From assembly GCA_041178405.1 (NCBI GenBank), contig JBEGVK010000055.1, positions 2,680 to 66,679 of the forward strand: a DNA stretch of 64,000 nt, read 5' to 3'. This DNA comes from Actinomycetota bacterium (GTDB lineage: Bacteria > Actinomycetota > Acidimicrobiia > Acidimicrobiales > Ilumatobacteraceae). The notes under the pieces were generated by a model. It was not told the origin of the DNA. It saw only the letters and a program-made list of their open reading frames with translations, and made no database searches. Each line of letters starts with the position of its first letter. Position 1 is the first letter of the stretch. Of this stretch, positions 36,950 through 48,601 are shown piece after piece. The position numbers were made by a program, and so were the translations under genes.

Positions 36950-36988
36950 CACCAGATCGACGATCCTGCCGACGGCTAGGGTCGGGAC

Positions 36989-37369
36989 ATGAACATCCCG
37001 GGCGAACTTCTCTACAGCACGGATCACGAGTGGGTGCGGGTCGATGGCACCAGGGCGAGGGTGGGCATCACCGACTACGCACAGGACTCCCTCGGCGACG
37101 TCGTCTTCGTCGAGATTCCGTCCGTCGGCACCCGGGTGTCGGCGGGGCAGCGGTTCGGCGAGGTCGAGAGCACAAAGTCGGTGAGCGATGTCTATGCACC
37201 GGTCGCCGGCACCGTGATCGCCGTGAATGAGGCTGTCGCGTCGGGTCCCGAACTCCTCAACTCCGACCCGTACGGCGAGGGTTGGCTGTGCGAGATCGAG
37301 ATCGATGGCCCGGACGCAGTGGCCGGCCTGCTCGACGCTGCCGCCTATCGGGCCCTCATCGAGGGCTGA
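36989..37369 (+). CDS. gcvH: glycine cleavage system H protein
   Basis: 126 aa. YSTDHEWV and the lipoyl-lysine motif VESTKSVSDVYAPV are present. Confidence 0.93.
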   Translation: MNIPGELLYSTDHEWVRVDGTRARVGITDYAQDSLGDVVFVEIPSVGTRVSAGQRFGEVESTKSVSDVYAPVAGTVIAVNEAVASGPELLNSDPYGEGWLCEIEIDGPDAVAGLLDAAAYRALIEG

Positions 37370-37394
37370 CCGCCGCCAACTAGACTCGGGGCTG

Positions 37395-37877
37395 ATGGCC
37401 TACGTGTTCTGCAACCAGTGCGGGCATCGCAATCCGCCCGACTCGAGCTTCTGCTCGTCGTGCGGCTCGATTCTCGACCGCTCCGACGATCACACGGTCA
37501 CCATCGGGCGCGTCGATCCGCTCCAGGATGCACCGGGGGCCGAGGACGACATCGTCGTCCGGCTCGGTGACCTCCCTCGGGGCATGGCCACCCTCGTGAT
37601 GCGCAACGGCCCCCTGGCCGGCACGTCGGTGTCCCTGTCGTCGCGACTCACGAGGATCGGCCGCCATTCCGAGAGCGAGTTGCAACTTGACGACGTCACG
37701 GTGTCGCGGCGCCATGCAGAGATCGAACGCGTCGGCGATGGCTACGTTGTGCGCGACGACGGATCGCTCAACGGCACGTATGTCAACGGCGAGCGAGTCG
37801 ACGAGGCGACGTTGCAGCAGGGCGACGAGGTGCAGGTCGGGAAGTTCCGCCTGATCTTCTTCTCCAGGGCAGACTGA
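37395..37877 (+). CDS. zinc-ribbon + FHA-domain protein in the GarA/OdhI position
   Basis: Trimmed to ATG 37395. The N-terminus has CNQCGHRNPPDSSFCSSCG. The FHA core is RIGRHSESELQLDDVTVSRRHAEI...GSLNGTYVNGERV. Confidence 0.85.
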   Translation: MAYVFCNQCGHRNPPDSSFCSSCGSILDRSDDHTVTIGRVDPLQDAPGAEDDIVVRLGDLPRGMATLVMRNGPLAGTSVSLSSRLTRIGRHSESELQLDDVTVSRRHAEIERVGDGYVVRDDGSLNGTYVNGERVDEATLQQGDEVQVGKFRLIFFSRAD

Positions 37878-38986
37878 TGAGCCTGTCGGAGCGTCCGTAT
37901 CTCTCAATCGGCGAGGTGCTCGGCCTCCTCCTCGACGAGTTCCCCGACGTCTCGATCTCAAAGATCCGCTTTCTCGAGAGCCAGGGACTGATCGGACCGG
38001 AACGAACGCCGTCTGGCTATCGGAAGTTCTACGACGCCGACGTCGAACGTCTCCGCGTAATACTCCGCGAGCAACGGGAGAACTTCCTGCCGCTACGGGT
38101 GATACGCGATCGTCTCGAGAGCGGAGAGATCGACGACACCGGCGGCCAGGGCGTTCCACGAGGTGCGCGGAGTGCCGCAGGCGACGACGAGTCGTCCGAC
38201 GGCGAATCGGGGAGTCGAACGACTGGAACGGACGACTCGGGGGCACACTCGGCCCTGCATGGCGGGGCCGAGTCCGCCGCCTCGGATGGCGCCGCAATGC
38301 GCTCCAGGGAGTCGGGTTCGGCGGCATCCAGACGTGGAGCACACGATCAACGGGCGGCGGGGCCGTCGGACCCGTCGCACACCAATGTCGATGACGACAC
38401 CGACGACGACATCGACGATGACGACGACTTCGATGACGACGACACCGGCGGCGTGGCAATGACTCCCGACGAGGTGCAGACCTCGAATCATCCGGCAGCG
38501 ATGCACCGACCGGCATCGGCGCCGCAGCCACCGTCTGCCCCGCCACGGGCAGCCGACTTCTTCGCACCGGGCGGCGAGGTGCCGCCTACGGTGCTCCCCG
38601 TGATACGTAGCGAGTACACCGCCGGCGATGTGTGCGCCTTGGCGCGCCTCACGACCCGCCAGCTCGGAGAACTTGAGTCGTTCGGCCTGATCGCCCCGAC
38701 GGGCACCGGTACGACTGCCATCTACTCGCCGAACGACCTCGCCGTCGCTACCGTCGCTGCCCGCCTGATGGAGCGTGGTCTCGAGGCGAGGCACCTCAGG
38801 GCGTGGAAGCAGGCCGCCGAGCGGGAGGCGGCGCTGTTCGAGCAGCTCATCGCACCGACGCTGCGCCAGAGGAACCCGCAGAGCCGCCAGACAGCCGCCG
38901 AGACACTCGCAGAGCTGTCGGCCCTCGGCGCAGACCTGAGGGCGGTCCTGCTGCGCATTGCCCTCGGCGACCATCTCGACCCGTAG
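37877..38986 (+). CDS. MerR-family regulator (FtsR/Rv1828-like) with a second C-terminal MerR-like module
   Basis: ATG 37877 shares one base with the FHA stop (TGATG). The N-terminal HTH is LSIGEVLGLL...ISKIRFLESQGLIGPERTPSGYRKF. A poly-Asp tract follows, and a second module is YTAGDVCALARLTTRQLGELESFGLIAP. Confidence 0.8.
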   Translation: MSLSERPYLSIGEVLGLLLDEFPDVSISKIRFLESQGLIGPERTPSGYRKFYDADVERLRVILREQRENFLPLRVIRDRLESGEIDDTGGQGVPRGARSAAGDDESSDGESGSRTTGTDDSGAHSALHGGAESAASDGAAMRSRESGSAASRRGAHDQRAAGPSDPSHTNVDDDTDDDIDDDDDFDDDDTGGVAMTPDEVQTSNHPAAMHRPASAPQPPSAPPRAADFFAPGGEVPPTVLPVIRSEYTAGDVCALARLTTRQLGELESFGLIAPTGTGTTAIYSPNDLAVATVAARLMERGLEARHLRAWKQAAEREAALFEQLIAPTLRQRNPQSRQTAAETLAELSALGADLRAVLLRIALGDHLDP

Positions 38987-39081
38987 TCGACCTCAGCCAC
39001 CGTCAAGACCTCCAGCCCGACCGGGCCACGCCGCGACAGGCGCCGCTCGGCGGCGGGGGTTACCATCTGAGCGTGATCCGT

Positions 39082-39567
39082 ATGGAGTTGCTGGGCGTGC
39101 AGGTCGAGATGCCTGCCAATACCCCGATGGTGATGCTGCGCGAGGTCGACGACCGGGCTCGGGTCCTGCCGATCTTCATCGGGCAGTACGAGGCGAGCGC
39201 CATCCACCACGCAACAGAGGGAGTCGTTCCGCCGCGCCCGCTCACCCACGATCTCGCAGTGACCGTCATCTCCATGCTGGGCGGCACCCTCGAGCGGGTG
39301 GTGATCACCGAGGTCCGCGAGCACACCTTCTACGCCGAACTGCACATCCGCACGCCCTCCGGCGAGACCATCGTCTCAAGTCGCCCGAGTGATGCGATTG
39401 CGCTTGCCGTGCGCGTCGACGCTCCGATCTTCGCCGACGAGGCACTCCTCGACGAGGCCGGCGTCGCGGTGTCCGCAGACGATGAGGGTGACGGCGACCC
39501 GGAGGCGATCCTCGACGAGTTCCGCGACTTCCTCGACGACGTCACCCCCGACGACTTCGCCTCGTAA
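39082..39567 (+). CDS. bifunctional nuclease-family protein (DUF151)
   Basis: The start is ATG 39082 (or GTG 39073). MELLGVQVEMPANTPMVMLRE...LPIFIG.YEA.AI...RPLTHDL and the acidic C-terminal tail are typical of the family (Rv1829-like). Confidence 0.8.
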   Translation: MELLGVQVEMPANTPMVMLREVDDRARVLPIFIGQYEASAIHHATEGVVPPRPLTHDLAVTVISMLGGTLERVVITEVREHTFYAELHIRTPSGETIVSSRPSDAIALAVRVDAPIFADEALLDEAGVAVSADDEGDGDPEAILDEFRDFLDDVTPDDFAS

Positions 39568-39628
39568 TCGGGCGACGATACCGACCGCGCTCGGCGCGGG
39601 AGTCGACGAGCCTTCGCGCGCAGAGTGC

Positions 39629-39657
39629 TTGACCTCGCGCGCTGCGGACCGTAGGCT
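39629..39657 (+). promoter_or_regulatory. sigma-70/SigA-like promoter upstream of the second MerR gene
   Basis: TTGACC (39629-39634), a 17-nt spacer and TAGGCT (39652-39657, TANNNT) sit about 60 nt upstream of ATG 39720, which has AGGAGG 7 nt before it. Confidence 0.45.
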
Positions 39658-39719
39658 GGTGAACTTGCACGGTGGTAGTTACCTCCGTGTCGTCCATTCA
39701 CGCAGCAGGAGGCTTTCAC

Positions 39720-40193
39720 ATGGGTGAGCATGTGCGCCGTCAGCAGGGAACCGCCCCAGACGGCTATAGCGGCACTGTCGCCGCGAATGTCGTCGGCATC
39801 ACCTACCGGCAACTCGACTACTGGGCACGCACCGACCTCGTGCGTCCGACGCTCGCCGACGCCAGCGGGAGCGGCAGTCGGCGGCTGTACTGCTACCGAG
39901 ATCTTCTCGAACTGCGACTCGTGAAGAGCCTCCTCGATGCCGGCATCAAGCTCGCAGCTGTCCGCACCGTCTTCGAGTTCCTCCGCGAGCATGTCGACAG
40001 CGACATCACCGCCGCACACCTGGTGATCAGCGGCACCGACGTCCTCCTGTGCGACGGCGATCAGCTCGTCGACGTGCTGCGCCGCGGCCAAGGCGTGCTG
40101 AACGTCCTCGCCATCGGCGGCGTCAAGGACGAGTTGGACAGCGAACTGGTCCGCCTCGAGGCTGCTGCGCCTGCGTCCGCCGCCGCGGTCTGA
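39720..40193 (+). CDS. MerR-family transcriptional regulator (Rv1830-like)
   Basis: Trimmed to ATG 39720, which has a strong SD. The MerR HTH is VAANVVGITYRQLDYWARTDLVRP...RRLYCYRDLLELRLVKSLLDAGI. Confidence 0.85.
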   Translation: MGEHVRRQQGTAPDGYSGTVAANVVGITYRQLDYWARTDLVRPTLADASGSGSRRLYCYRDLLELRLVKSLLDAGIKLAAVRTVFEFLREHVDSDITAAHLVISGTDVLLCDGDQLVDVLRRGQGVLNVLAIGGVKDELDSELVRLEAAAPASAAAV

Positions 40194-41263
40194 TGCCGGA
40201 GGCATTGCGCAGCCCTCTCGACGAAGATCACCGCCTACTCGGCGCGAAGATGGCCCCCTTCGGGGGCTGGGACATGCCGATCTCCTACCCGTCGGGCACC
40301 GTTGACGAGCACCTCGCCTGCCGGCGCGACGCCGTGGTCTTCGACGTGTCACATCTCGGCACGGTGCGGGTCGAGGGAGTGGGGGCACTCGAGCGACTGC
40401 AGACGACGTTCACCAACGACCTGAAGCGAATCGGGCCGGGTCGCACGCAGTACACCCACCTGCTCGACGAGGCTGATGCCTCAGTGCTCGACGACATCAT
40501 TGTCTGGTGGGTTGGCGAGGACACCTTCGACGTGATGCCGAACGCATCGAATACCGATCGCGTCACCGACGCCATTGGCGGCGACGACGTCACGTTGTCG
40601 CGGGCAGTGCTCGCTGTCCAGGGGCCGCGCGCACGCGAGCGTCTCGCGACGGTGTTCCCTGAGGCTGCGGCGGTCGCCCGCAACAGGGTGTCACGCCTGA
40701 CCTGGGACGGCGCCCCCTGCACGGTGGCCGGCACCGGTTACACGGGCGAGTCCGGCGTAGAGATCAGCATTCCCGTGGCAGTGGCATCAGCGCTCTGGGC
40801 TGCCCTCCGAGGTGCGGGAATTCTGCCTGCCGGGCTCGGTGCACGCGACACGCTGCGTCTCGAGGCGGGCCTTCCGCTGCACGGTCACGAGCTTGGTGCG
40901 GGCATCTCTCCGCTGCAGGCCGCGCTCGGCTGGGTGGTGGCGTGGGACAAGCCGTCGTTTCGCGGCAGGTCGGCGCTGGCCGTAGAGCGCGATCGGGGCG
41001 TACGACGCCTGCTGCGCGGCATCGCCACCGCTGGACGTCGTCCGCCGCGAGCCGAATGCGAGGTGCGTCGCGACGGTGAGCCGGTCGGCGTGGTCACCTC
41101 CGGCAACTTCTCGCCCGTGCTGGGCCACGGGATCGCCCTTGCGCTCGTCGATCCCTCACTCGCGATGGGAACTGCCGTACAGGTCGACGTGCGAGGCTCA
41201 CTGCTCGACGGACACATCGTGCCGCTGCCGTTCGTCACCGGCAGTCTCGCTGCTGGCCACTGA
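40193..41263 (+). CDS. gcvT: glycine cleavage system aminomethyltransferase T
   Basis: ATG 40193 shares one base with the MerR stop (TGATG). MAPFGGWDMPISY...VFDVSHLG...AVQGP...GYTGE.G.EI are present. Confidence 0.9.
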   Translation: MPEALRSPLDEDHRLLGAKMAPFGGWDMPISYPSGTVDEHLACRRDAVVFDVSHLGTVRVEGVGALERLQTTFTNDLKRIGPGRTQYTHLLDEADASVLDDIIVWWVGEDTFDVMPNASNTDRVTDAIGGDDVTLSRAVLAVQGPRARERLATVFPEAAAVARNRVSRLTWDGAPCTVAGTGYTGESGVEISIPVAVASALWAALRGAGILPAGLGARDTLRLEAGLPLHGHELGAGISPLQAALGWVVAWDKPSFRGRSALAVERDRGVRRLLRGIATAGRRPPRAECEVRRDGEPVGVVTSGNFSPVLGHGIALALVDPSLAMGTAVQVDVRGSLLDGHIVPLPFVTGSLAAGH

Positions 41264-41272
41264 CGTCGCAGC

Positions 41273-44137
<2,865 letters not shown>

Positions 44138-44149
44138 AGGTGAACCTCC

Positions 44150-44362
44150 TTGTCGGGTGGCGCCGTGGCGCCGTGGTTCCCCCGCTGTCGTGGTGCCTGA
44201 GAGCTTCTCCGGAATGCTCCGGATTTCCCCGTCGGCGAGATGCCCCGTGGTGCATCTGCTTTCCAGCGCTGCCTGCCCGGACGGTCCGTGTGCCTGAGAG
44301 ATTCCGGGGAGGTTGCTCCTTCGGCGTTGTCGTGCTGGCTGCACGGCAACTCTCCCGGCCGA
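44150..44362 (-). promoter_or_regulatory. tandem glycine riboswitch (two aptamers) in the gcvP leader
   Basis: On the minus-strand RNA, aptamer 1 is CGGGAGAGUUGCC...ACGCCGAAGGAGCAACCUCCCC...AAUCUCUCAGGCACACGGACCG. Aptamer 2 is GCGCUGGAAAGCAGAUGCACCACGGGGCAUC...GAAGCUCUCAGGCACCACGACAGCG. Both carry the conserved GGAGAG/CCGAAGGAGCAA/CUCUCAGGCA...GAC core I remember for the glycine aptamer. Confidence 0.85.
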
Positions 44363-44434
44363 GCGTGTCGGCACCCTCACCATAGCCCGCGCCGCTGACG
44401 GCGACCGCCACTGCCGACGGCTACCGTCCTCGCC

Positions 44435-45178
44435 ATGACCTCTGTGCTCGACTCGATCCGCCGGCTCACCGGCCCGGTCGGCGACCTCGGCGGACGGTGG
44501 ATGCTCGACCCCGAGGTCCTCGGCCCGTGCCGTGCCGCTGGCTACCCGAATGGCTTCGCCTACTACATGGCTGGCAGGGGAGGGGTGCTCGGCGACGTCG
44601 ACGCTGAGGTGGTGGCGTCGGCCTTCGGCTTCTTCTCACCCGACCTTGTGCGCGCGATGTGGGAGCCTGGCATCGCAGTAGAGGGAGCCAGATCGGCAGC
44701 CGCGAGGTATGGCGCAGCGTGCGCAGCGTACGGGCAGCGCCGCCTCAGCGGATTCGACGGTGCAGGTCGGCTCGCGGAGCTCGCTGGCGCGGTTGCGGCG
44801 CGCGTCGACAGCGCCGGCCTCGCGCTGTTCGCCGGATGGCGTACTGAGCAACTTCCTGCAGACGACGCAGCGAGGGCCTTCTTCCTCGTGCACGTGCTCC
44901 GCGAACTGCGCGGCAGCGTGCATGTCGCGGCGGTGCTGGCGGCGGGTCTGAGGCCAGTCGAGGCAGTGCTGGCAACGGCGGGGGTGCAGGGCGCCGAGCG
45001 CTTCGGCTGGAAGGGGCCGTTTCCCGAGATCGCGCCTACGGCGAAGGAGCCCGCCGAGCGCCTCACTGACGAGATCATCGCTCGGCTGTACGCCGAGGTG
45101 CTCGACGAGACCGCTGCAGCGAGCCTCGCTGACCTCGTCGATGCTGCAAAGGCGCACCTCGACGCGCCAGTCGGCTGA
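44435..45178 (+). CDS. hypothetical protein (actinobacterial conserved, SCO6745-like from memory)
   Basis: 247 aa with coding-like GC3. [37 protein letters not shown] is noted. I make no functional call. Confidence 0.6.
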   Translation: MTSVLDSIRRLTGPVGDLGGRWMLDPEVLGPCRAAGYPNGFAYYMAGRGGVLGDVDAEVVASAFGFFSPDLVRAMWEPGIAVEGARSAAARYGAACAAYGQRRLSGFDGAGRLAELAGAVAARVDSAGLALFAGWRTEQLPADDAARAFFLVHVLRELRGSVHVAAVLAAGLRPVEAVLATAGVQGAERFGWKGPFPEIAPTAKEPAERLTDEIIARLYAEVLDETAAASLADLVDAAKAHLDAPVG

Positions 45179-45181
45179 GCG

Positions 45182-46360
45182 ATGCCGGTGTCATCGTCCC
45201 GACTGCCGAGTCGTGGCGAGTTCCAGCTCGATCCCGGCCTCGTGTTCCTCAACCACGGCTCGTTCGGTGCTGTACCCATCGAGGTCGAGCGTGCCGCGAC
45301 GGCGTTGCGAGCAGAGATGGAGCGGAATCCCGTCGAGTGGCTGGGCCGGCGAAGCGACGAACTGCTGTCGGCTGCGAGGACGCGCCTCGGTGCCTTCCTC
45401 GGCGCCCCTCCCGACGACGTGGTGTTCTTCCCGAACCCCACGACGGCGGTCAACATGGTGGTGCGCTCGCTGCGGCTCGAAGAGGGCGACGAAGTGCTCA
45501 CCACCGACCACGAGTACGGCGCCTGCATGCGCACCTGGAGGAAGTGGTGCCAGGAATCCGGTGCCGTGCTGGTCGAGGCCCCCGTCACGTTGCCCATCAG
45601 CGATTCCGAAGCCGTCATCGACCAGATCTGGTCGCGGGTGACCGAGCGAACGAGGGTGTTGTTCGTCAGCCATCTCACGAGTGCCACGGCCATCGTGCTA
45701 CCGGTGGCGGACCTCTGCGCTCGTGCTCGTCAGCAGGGCATCCTCACGATCATCGACGGCGCGCACGTGCCGGCGCACCTCGACCTCGACCTCGGCGACC
45801 TCGGCGCCGACGTGTACACCGGCGCTCTGCACAAGTGGCTCTGCGCTCCGAAGGGCTGCTCGTTCCTCTATGCAGCGCCGCATGTCCAGCACTGGCTGCA
45901 GCCACTCGTGGTGAGCTGGGGCTGGGACAGCGATGCACCATCAGATTCGGCGTTCATCGATCACCACCAATGGCAGGGCACCCGCGACATCACGCCATTC
46001 CTCGCAGTCGACGCAGCGCTGCAGTTCGCCGAGTCGTTCGACTGGGCTGCCATGCGCGTCGAGAAGCACCGGATGGCAGTTCGCGCCCGCGACGGCATCG
46101 ATGCGATGTTCTCCGCAGCACCGGTGTGTCCCGGCACTCCAGAGTGGCTGGGGCAGATGACAGTGGGACAGCTGCCGTCTGACGTCGACACCGAGCGGCT
46201 GATGGCGGGACTGCTGGAGCGGCATCGGATCGAGACGCGGTGCCATCGCTGGGGCGGGCGTGCGCTGATGAGGATCAGCTGTGCCGCGTACACGACTGAC
46301 GATGAGATCGACATGCTCTTGAGCGTGCTGCCCGACGAGATCGAGCGGTGCCGCACATGA
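45182..46360 (+). CDS. class V aminotransferase (isopenicillin-N-epimerase / cysteine-desulfurase-like)
   Basis: LNHGSFG, the PLP-lysine context GALHKWLCAPKG, and the 392-aa length fit. Confidence 0.85.
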   Translation: MPVSSSRLPSRGEFQLDPGLVFLNHGSFGAVPIEVERAATALRAEMERNPVEWLGRRSDELLSAARTRLGAFLGAPPDDVVFFPNPTTAVNMVVRSLRLEEGDEVLTTDHEYGACMRTWRKWCQESGAVLVEAPVTLPISDSEAVIDQIWSRVTERTRVLFVSHLTSATAIVLPVADLCARARQQGILTIIDGAHVPAHLDLDLGDLGADVYTGALHKWLCAPKGCSFLYAAPHVQHWLQPLVVSWGWDSDAPSDSAFIDHHQWQGTRDITPFLAVDAALQFAESFDWAAMRVEKHRMAVRARDGIDAMFSAAPVCPGTPEWLGQMTVGQLPSDVDTERLMAGLLERHRIETRCHRWGGRALMRISCAAYTTDDEIDMLLSVLPDEIERCRT

Positions 46361-47202
46361 AGCCGATCGTGCTGGCGATCGTGTCGGCCCTGCTACTCGG
46401 TCTGTCCGACTTCTCAGCGGCGCGTGGTGCGCGCCACACGAGTGCTATCACGGTGACTCGCACGTCGGTGCTCACGAGCACCCTGCTCGCCCCGTTGCTC
46501 TTCCTCGTGGTGCCATCGTCGTTCAGCCAGCGCGACTCACTGCTCGCTGCCGGCTCGGGCATCTTCATGATCCTTGGTCTGATGCTCCTCTACACGGGGT
46601 ACTCGATCGCCAGGATGGGAGTCGTGGCACCGCTGTCGTCGGTGCTCCTTGCCGCCGTGCCGGTGGTCTGGGACGTGCTCGGCGGGACGACACCGGCCGC
46701 CGTGTCGGCGGCGGGCATGCTGCTCGGGGCGGTGGCGCTGTTCCTCGCGTCGTATACGCCGGGTGGCGAGGGCAGCGCAGCGCTCGGGGCGGTGCTGGGC
46801 ATCACCAGCGGCATCTCGTTCGGCATTGCATATGTGTTCATGAGCGGCGTCAGCGCTGATGCGGGCGTGTCGTCGGTACTCCTGCAGCGCGCTGCCGGAC
46901 TGCTCCTGTTGTTCATCGTGTGGGCAGCCCGACACGACCCGCTCTTTGCCCCGGTGGGCAGGGCGCGGTGGTATTCGATCGGTGCTGGCGTGCCGGGACT
47001 GATAGCCATCGCAGCGCTGCAGGTGGCGTTCCAGTCGGTGCAGGACTCATCTGCTGGTCCGGTGTCGGTCGCCAGCTCGCAGTTCGGGAGCGTGGCGGTG
47101 CTGCTCTCGGTGGTCTTCAACGGCGAGCGGATGCGCTGGTGGCAGACCATCGGCGTCGCCACCACGGCGCTCGCAGTGGCGCTCATTGCGCTGGGCGGTT
47201 GA
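46357..47202 (+). CDS. EamA/DMT-family transporter
   Basis: ATG 46357 overlaps the aminotransferase stop (ATGA); the ORF-track start is 46348. The protein is about 10 hydrophobic helices with no soluble domain. Confidence 0.75.
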   Translation: MKPIVLAIVSALLLGLSDFSAARGARHTSAITVTRTSVLTSTLLAPLLFLVVPSSFSQRDSLLAAGSGIFMILGLMLLYTGYSIARMGVVAPLSSVLLAAVPVVWDVLGGTTPAAVSAAGMLLGAVALFLASYTPGGEGSAALGAVLGITSGISFGIAYVFMSGVSADAGVSSVLLQRAAGLLLLFIVWAARHDPLFAPVGRARWYSIGAGVPGLIAIAALQVAFQSVQDSSAGPVSVASSQFGSVAVLLSVVFNGERMRWWQTIGVATTALAVALIALGG

Positions 47203-47203
47203 T

Positions 47204-47225
47204 CCGTTTCGTCATGACGAAACGG
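47204..47225. repeat. 22-nt perfect palindrome CCGTTTCGTCATGACGAAACGG (copy 1 of a shared 18-mer)
   Basis: I read it directly from the sequence, 2 nt after the EamA stop. The core GTTTCGTCATGACGAAAC (47206-47223) is identical to 50472-50489. Confidence 0.95.
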
Positions 47226-47300
47226 CCCGGTGTGCCGTCGTCGGCAGGAGGGTGGTGGGGCGACTGACCGGTTCGAGGCGGTCCGGGCGAGGGGAGCGGA

Positions 47301-48449
47301 TCAGCCCTCGATGAGGCGGCGGACGGCGACGATCCGGTGCTGGGGGATCGTGCTCGTCTTCACCACGTCACCCGAACGAGGCGCCTGCACCCACTCGGTG
47401 GCGCTCACGGCGATGCCGACATGGCCGATGACGCCGCTGCCGGCCGAGGTCTCGAGGAACACCAGGTCGCCGGGACGGATGCCAGCGGTGGTCCACTCGA
47501 CCGGCGAGCCGAAGTTCGACTGTGCTGCGCTGTAGTGGGGCAGCGAGATGCCGACGACGGCGAATGCTGCCATCGTGAGGCCCGAGCAGTCGTAGGTGTC
47601 AGGGCCGGCAGTGAAGAACTTGTACGGCTTGCCGCGCTGTGCAAGCGCGAAGTCGAGGACCTGCTGCACCGGCGTGCGGGCCGGCGCTGGCGTCGCAGTG
47701 CCCGCCGAGCCGCTGCCGGACGAGGCCGCCGACCCGGGGACGACGCCGCCCGCAGGGATGACGAGGCGGTCCCCGGGGTGGATGACGCTCGTGAGCGACA
47801 GCTTGTTGGCCTCCAGCAGCGATCGAAGCGAGACCTTCGCCCGAGAGGCGATGCGCCCCAGGAAATCGCCGGCCACGACCACGTAGACGAGGGGTGCCGC
47901 CGACTCCGTGCCGGCCGCCGAGGTTGCGGGCGGCATAGCGGGTGCTGGCGCAGCAGTCGATGATCCTGCCGCCGGGGTGGCGGCTCCCGGGACGACGAGG
48001 AGCATGCCGGGGTAGATGAGGCTCTCGACGGTGAGCTTGTTGGCGGCAAGGAGATCCCTCAACCTCACCTTGAGGGTAGAGCTGATGCCGATGAGGCTGT
48101 CGCCGCGACGCACGGTGTAGGTGACGGGCACGGCCGCCGGGGTGCCACCAGTCGGGAGGGTGCCGCCAGCGGGCACGATGACGACGTCGCCGGGATGAAG
48201 GATGCTGTTGATCGTCAGGCCGTTGGCCTCCATGAAGACCTTCATCTTCACCTTCATCTTGGTGGCAATCAGGCTGATGCTGTCGCCCGACTTCACCGTG
48301 TAGGTGCCGGGGCTCGCCGGCGAGGTAGCCGTCGACGGGCCAACACCGGCGGCCTCGGCGAGGGCGGGTGCGGCGAGGGACAGCACCAGGAGACTGGCGG
48401 TCAGACGAGCGGCCAGGTGACGGACACGATGGCGGTGAAGTCTCAACAT
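47301..48449 (-). CDS. secreted peptidoglycan hydrolase: 3x LysM + NlpC/P60
   Basis: It has a signal peptide and three LysM repeats (YTVKSGDSISLIA..., YTVRRGDSLIGIS..., YVVVAGDFLGRIA...). The C-terminal NlpC/P60 domain has DCSGLT...GHVGI. Confidence 0.9.
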   Translation of the reverse strand: MLRLHRHRVRHLAARLTASLLVLSLAAPALAEAAGVGPSTATSPASPGTYTVKSGDSISLIATKMKVKMKVFMEANGLTINSILHPGDVVIVPAGGTLPTGGTPAAVPVTYTVRRGDSLIGISSTLKVRLRDLLAANKLTVESLIYPGMLLVVPGAATPAAGSSTAAPAPAMPPATSAAGTESAAPLVYVVVAGDFLGRIASRAKVSLRSLLEANKLSLTSVIHPGDRLVIPAGGVVPGSAASSGSGSAGTATPAPARTPVQQVLDFALAQRGKPYKFFTAGPDTYDCSGLTMAAFAVVGISLPHYSAAQSNFGSPVEWTTAGIRPGDLVFLETSAGSGVIGHVGIAVSATEWVQAPRSGDVVKTSTIPQHRIVAVRRLIEG

Positions 48450-48601
48450 GCACCTGATATCGACACCCCGACGAGAGTCCTTGACGACTTCTTTCAGAAA
48501 TTCTCACAGGAGCAGTTACTGAGAGAAACTGTGCCGCTCACGCAGCGTGGCGAGCCTCGGCGTGGTGCGGGCGTCAGGGCGTGTCGCGCCCAATCGCCCC
48601 G

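Noticed and set aside
30962-39021. A genomic island integrated at tRNA-Pro. An 11-nt match to the tRNA 3' end (CCAGCCCGACC) recurs at about 39011-39021.
   Set aside because: An 11-mer match can occur by chance in GC-rich DNA. The interval contains conserved housekeeping genes (pgsA, gcvH, the FHA/MerR block). No integrase, excisionase or compositional shift is visible.
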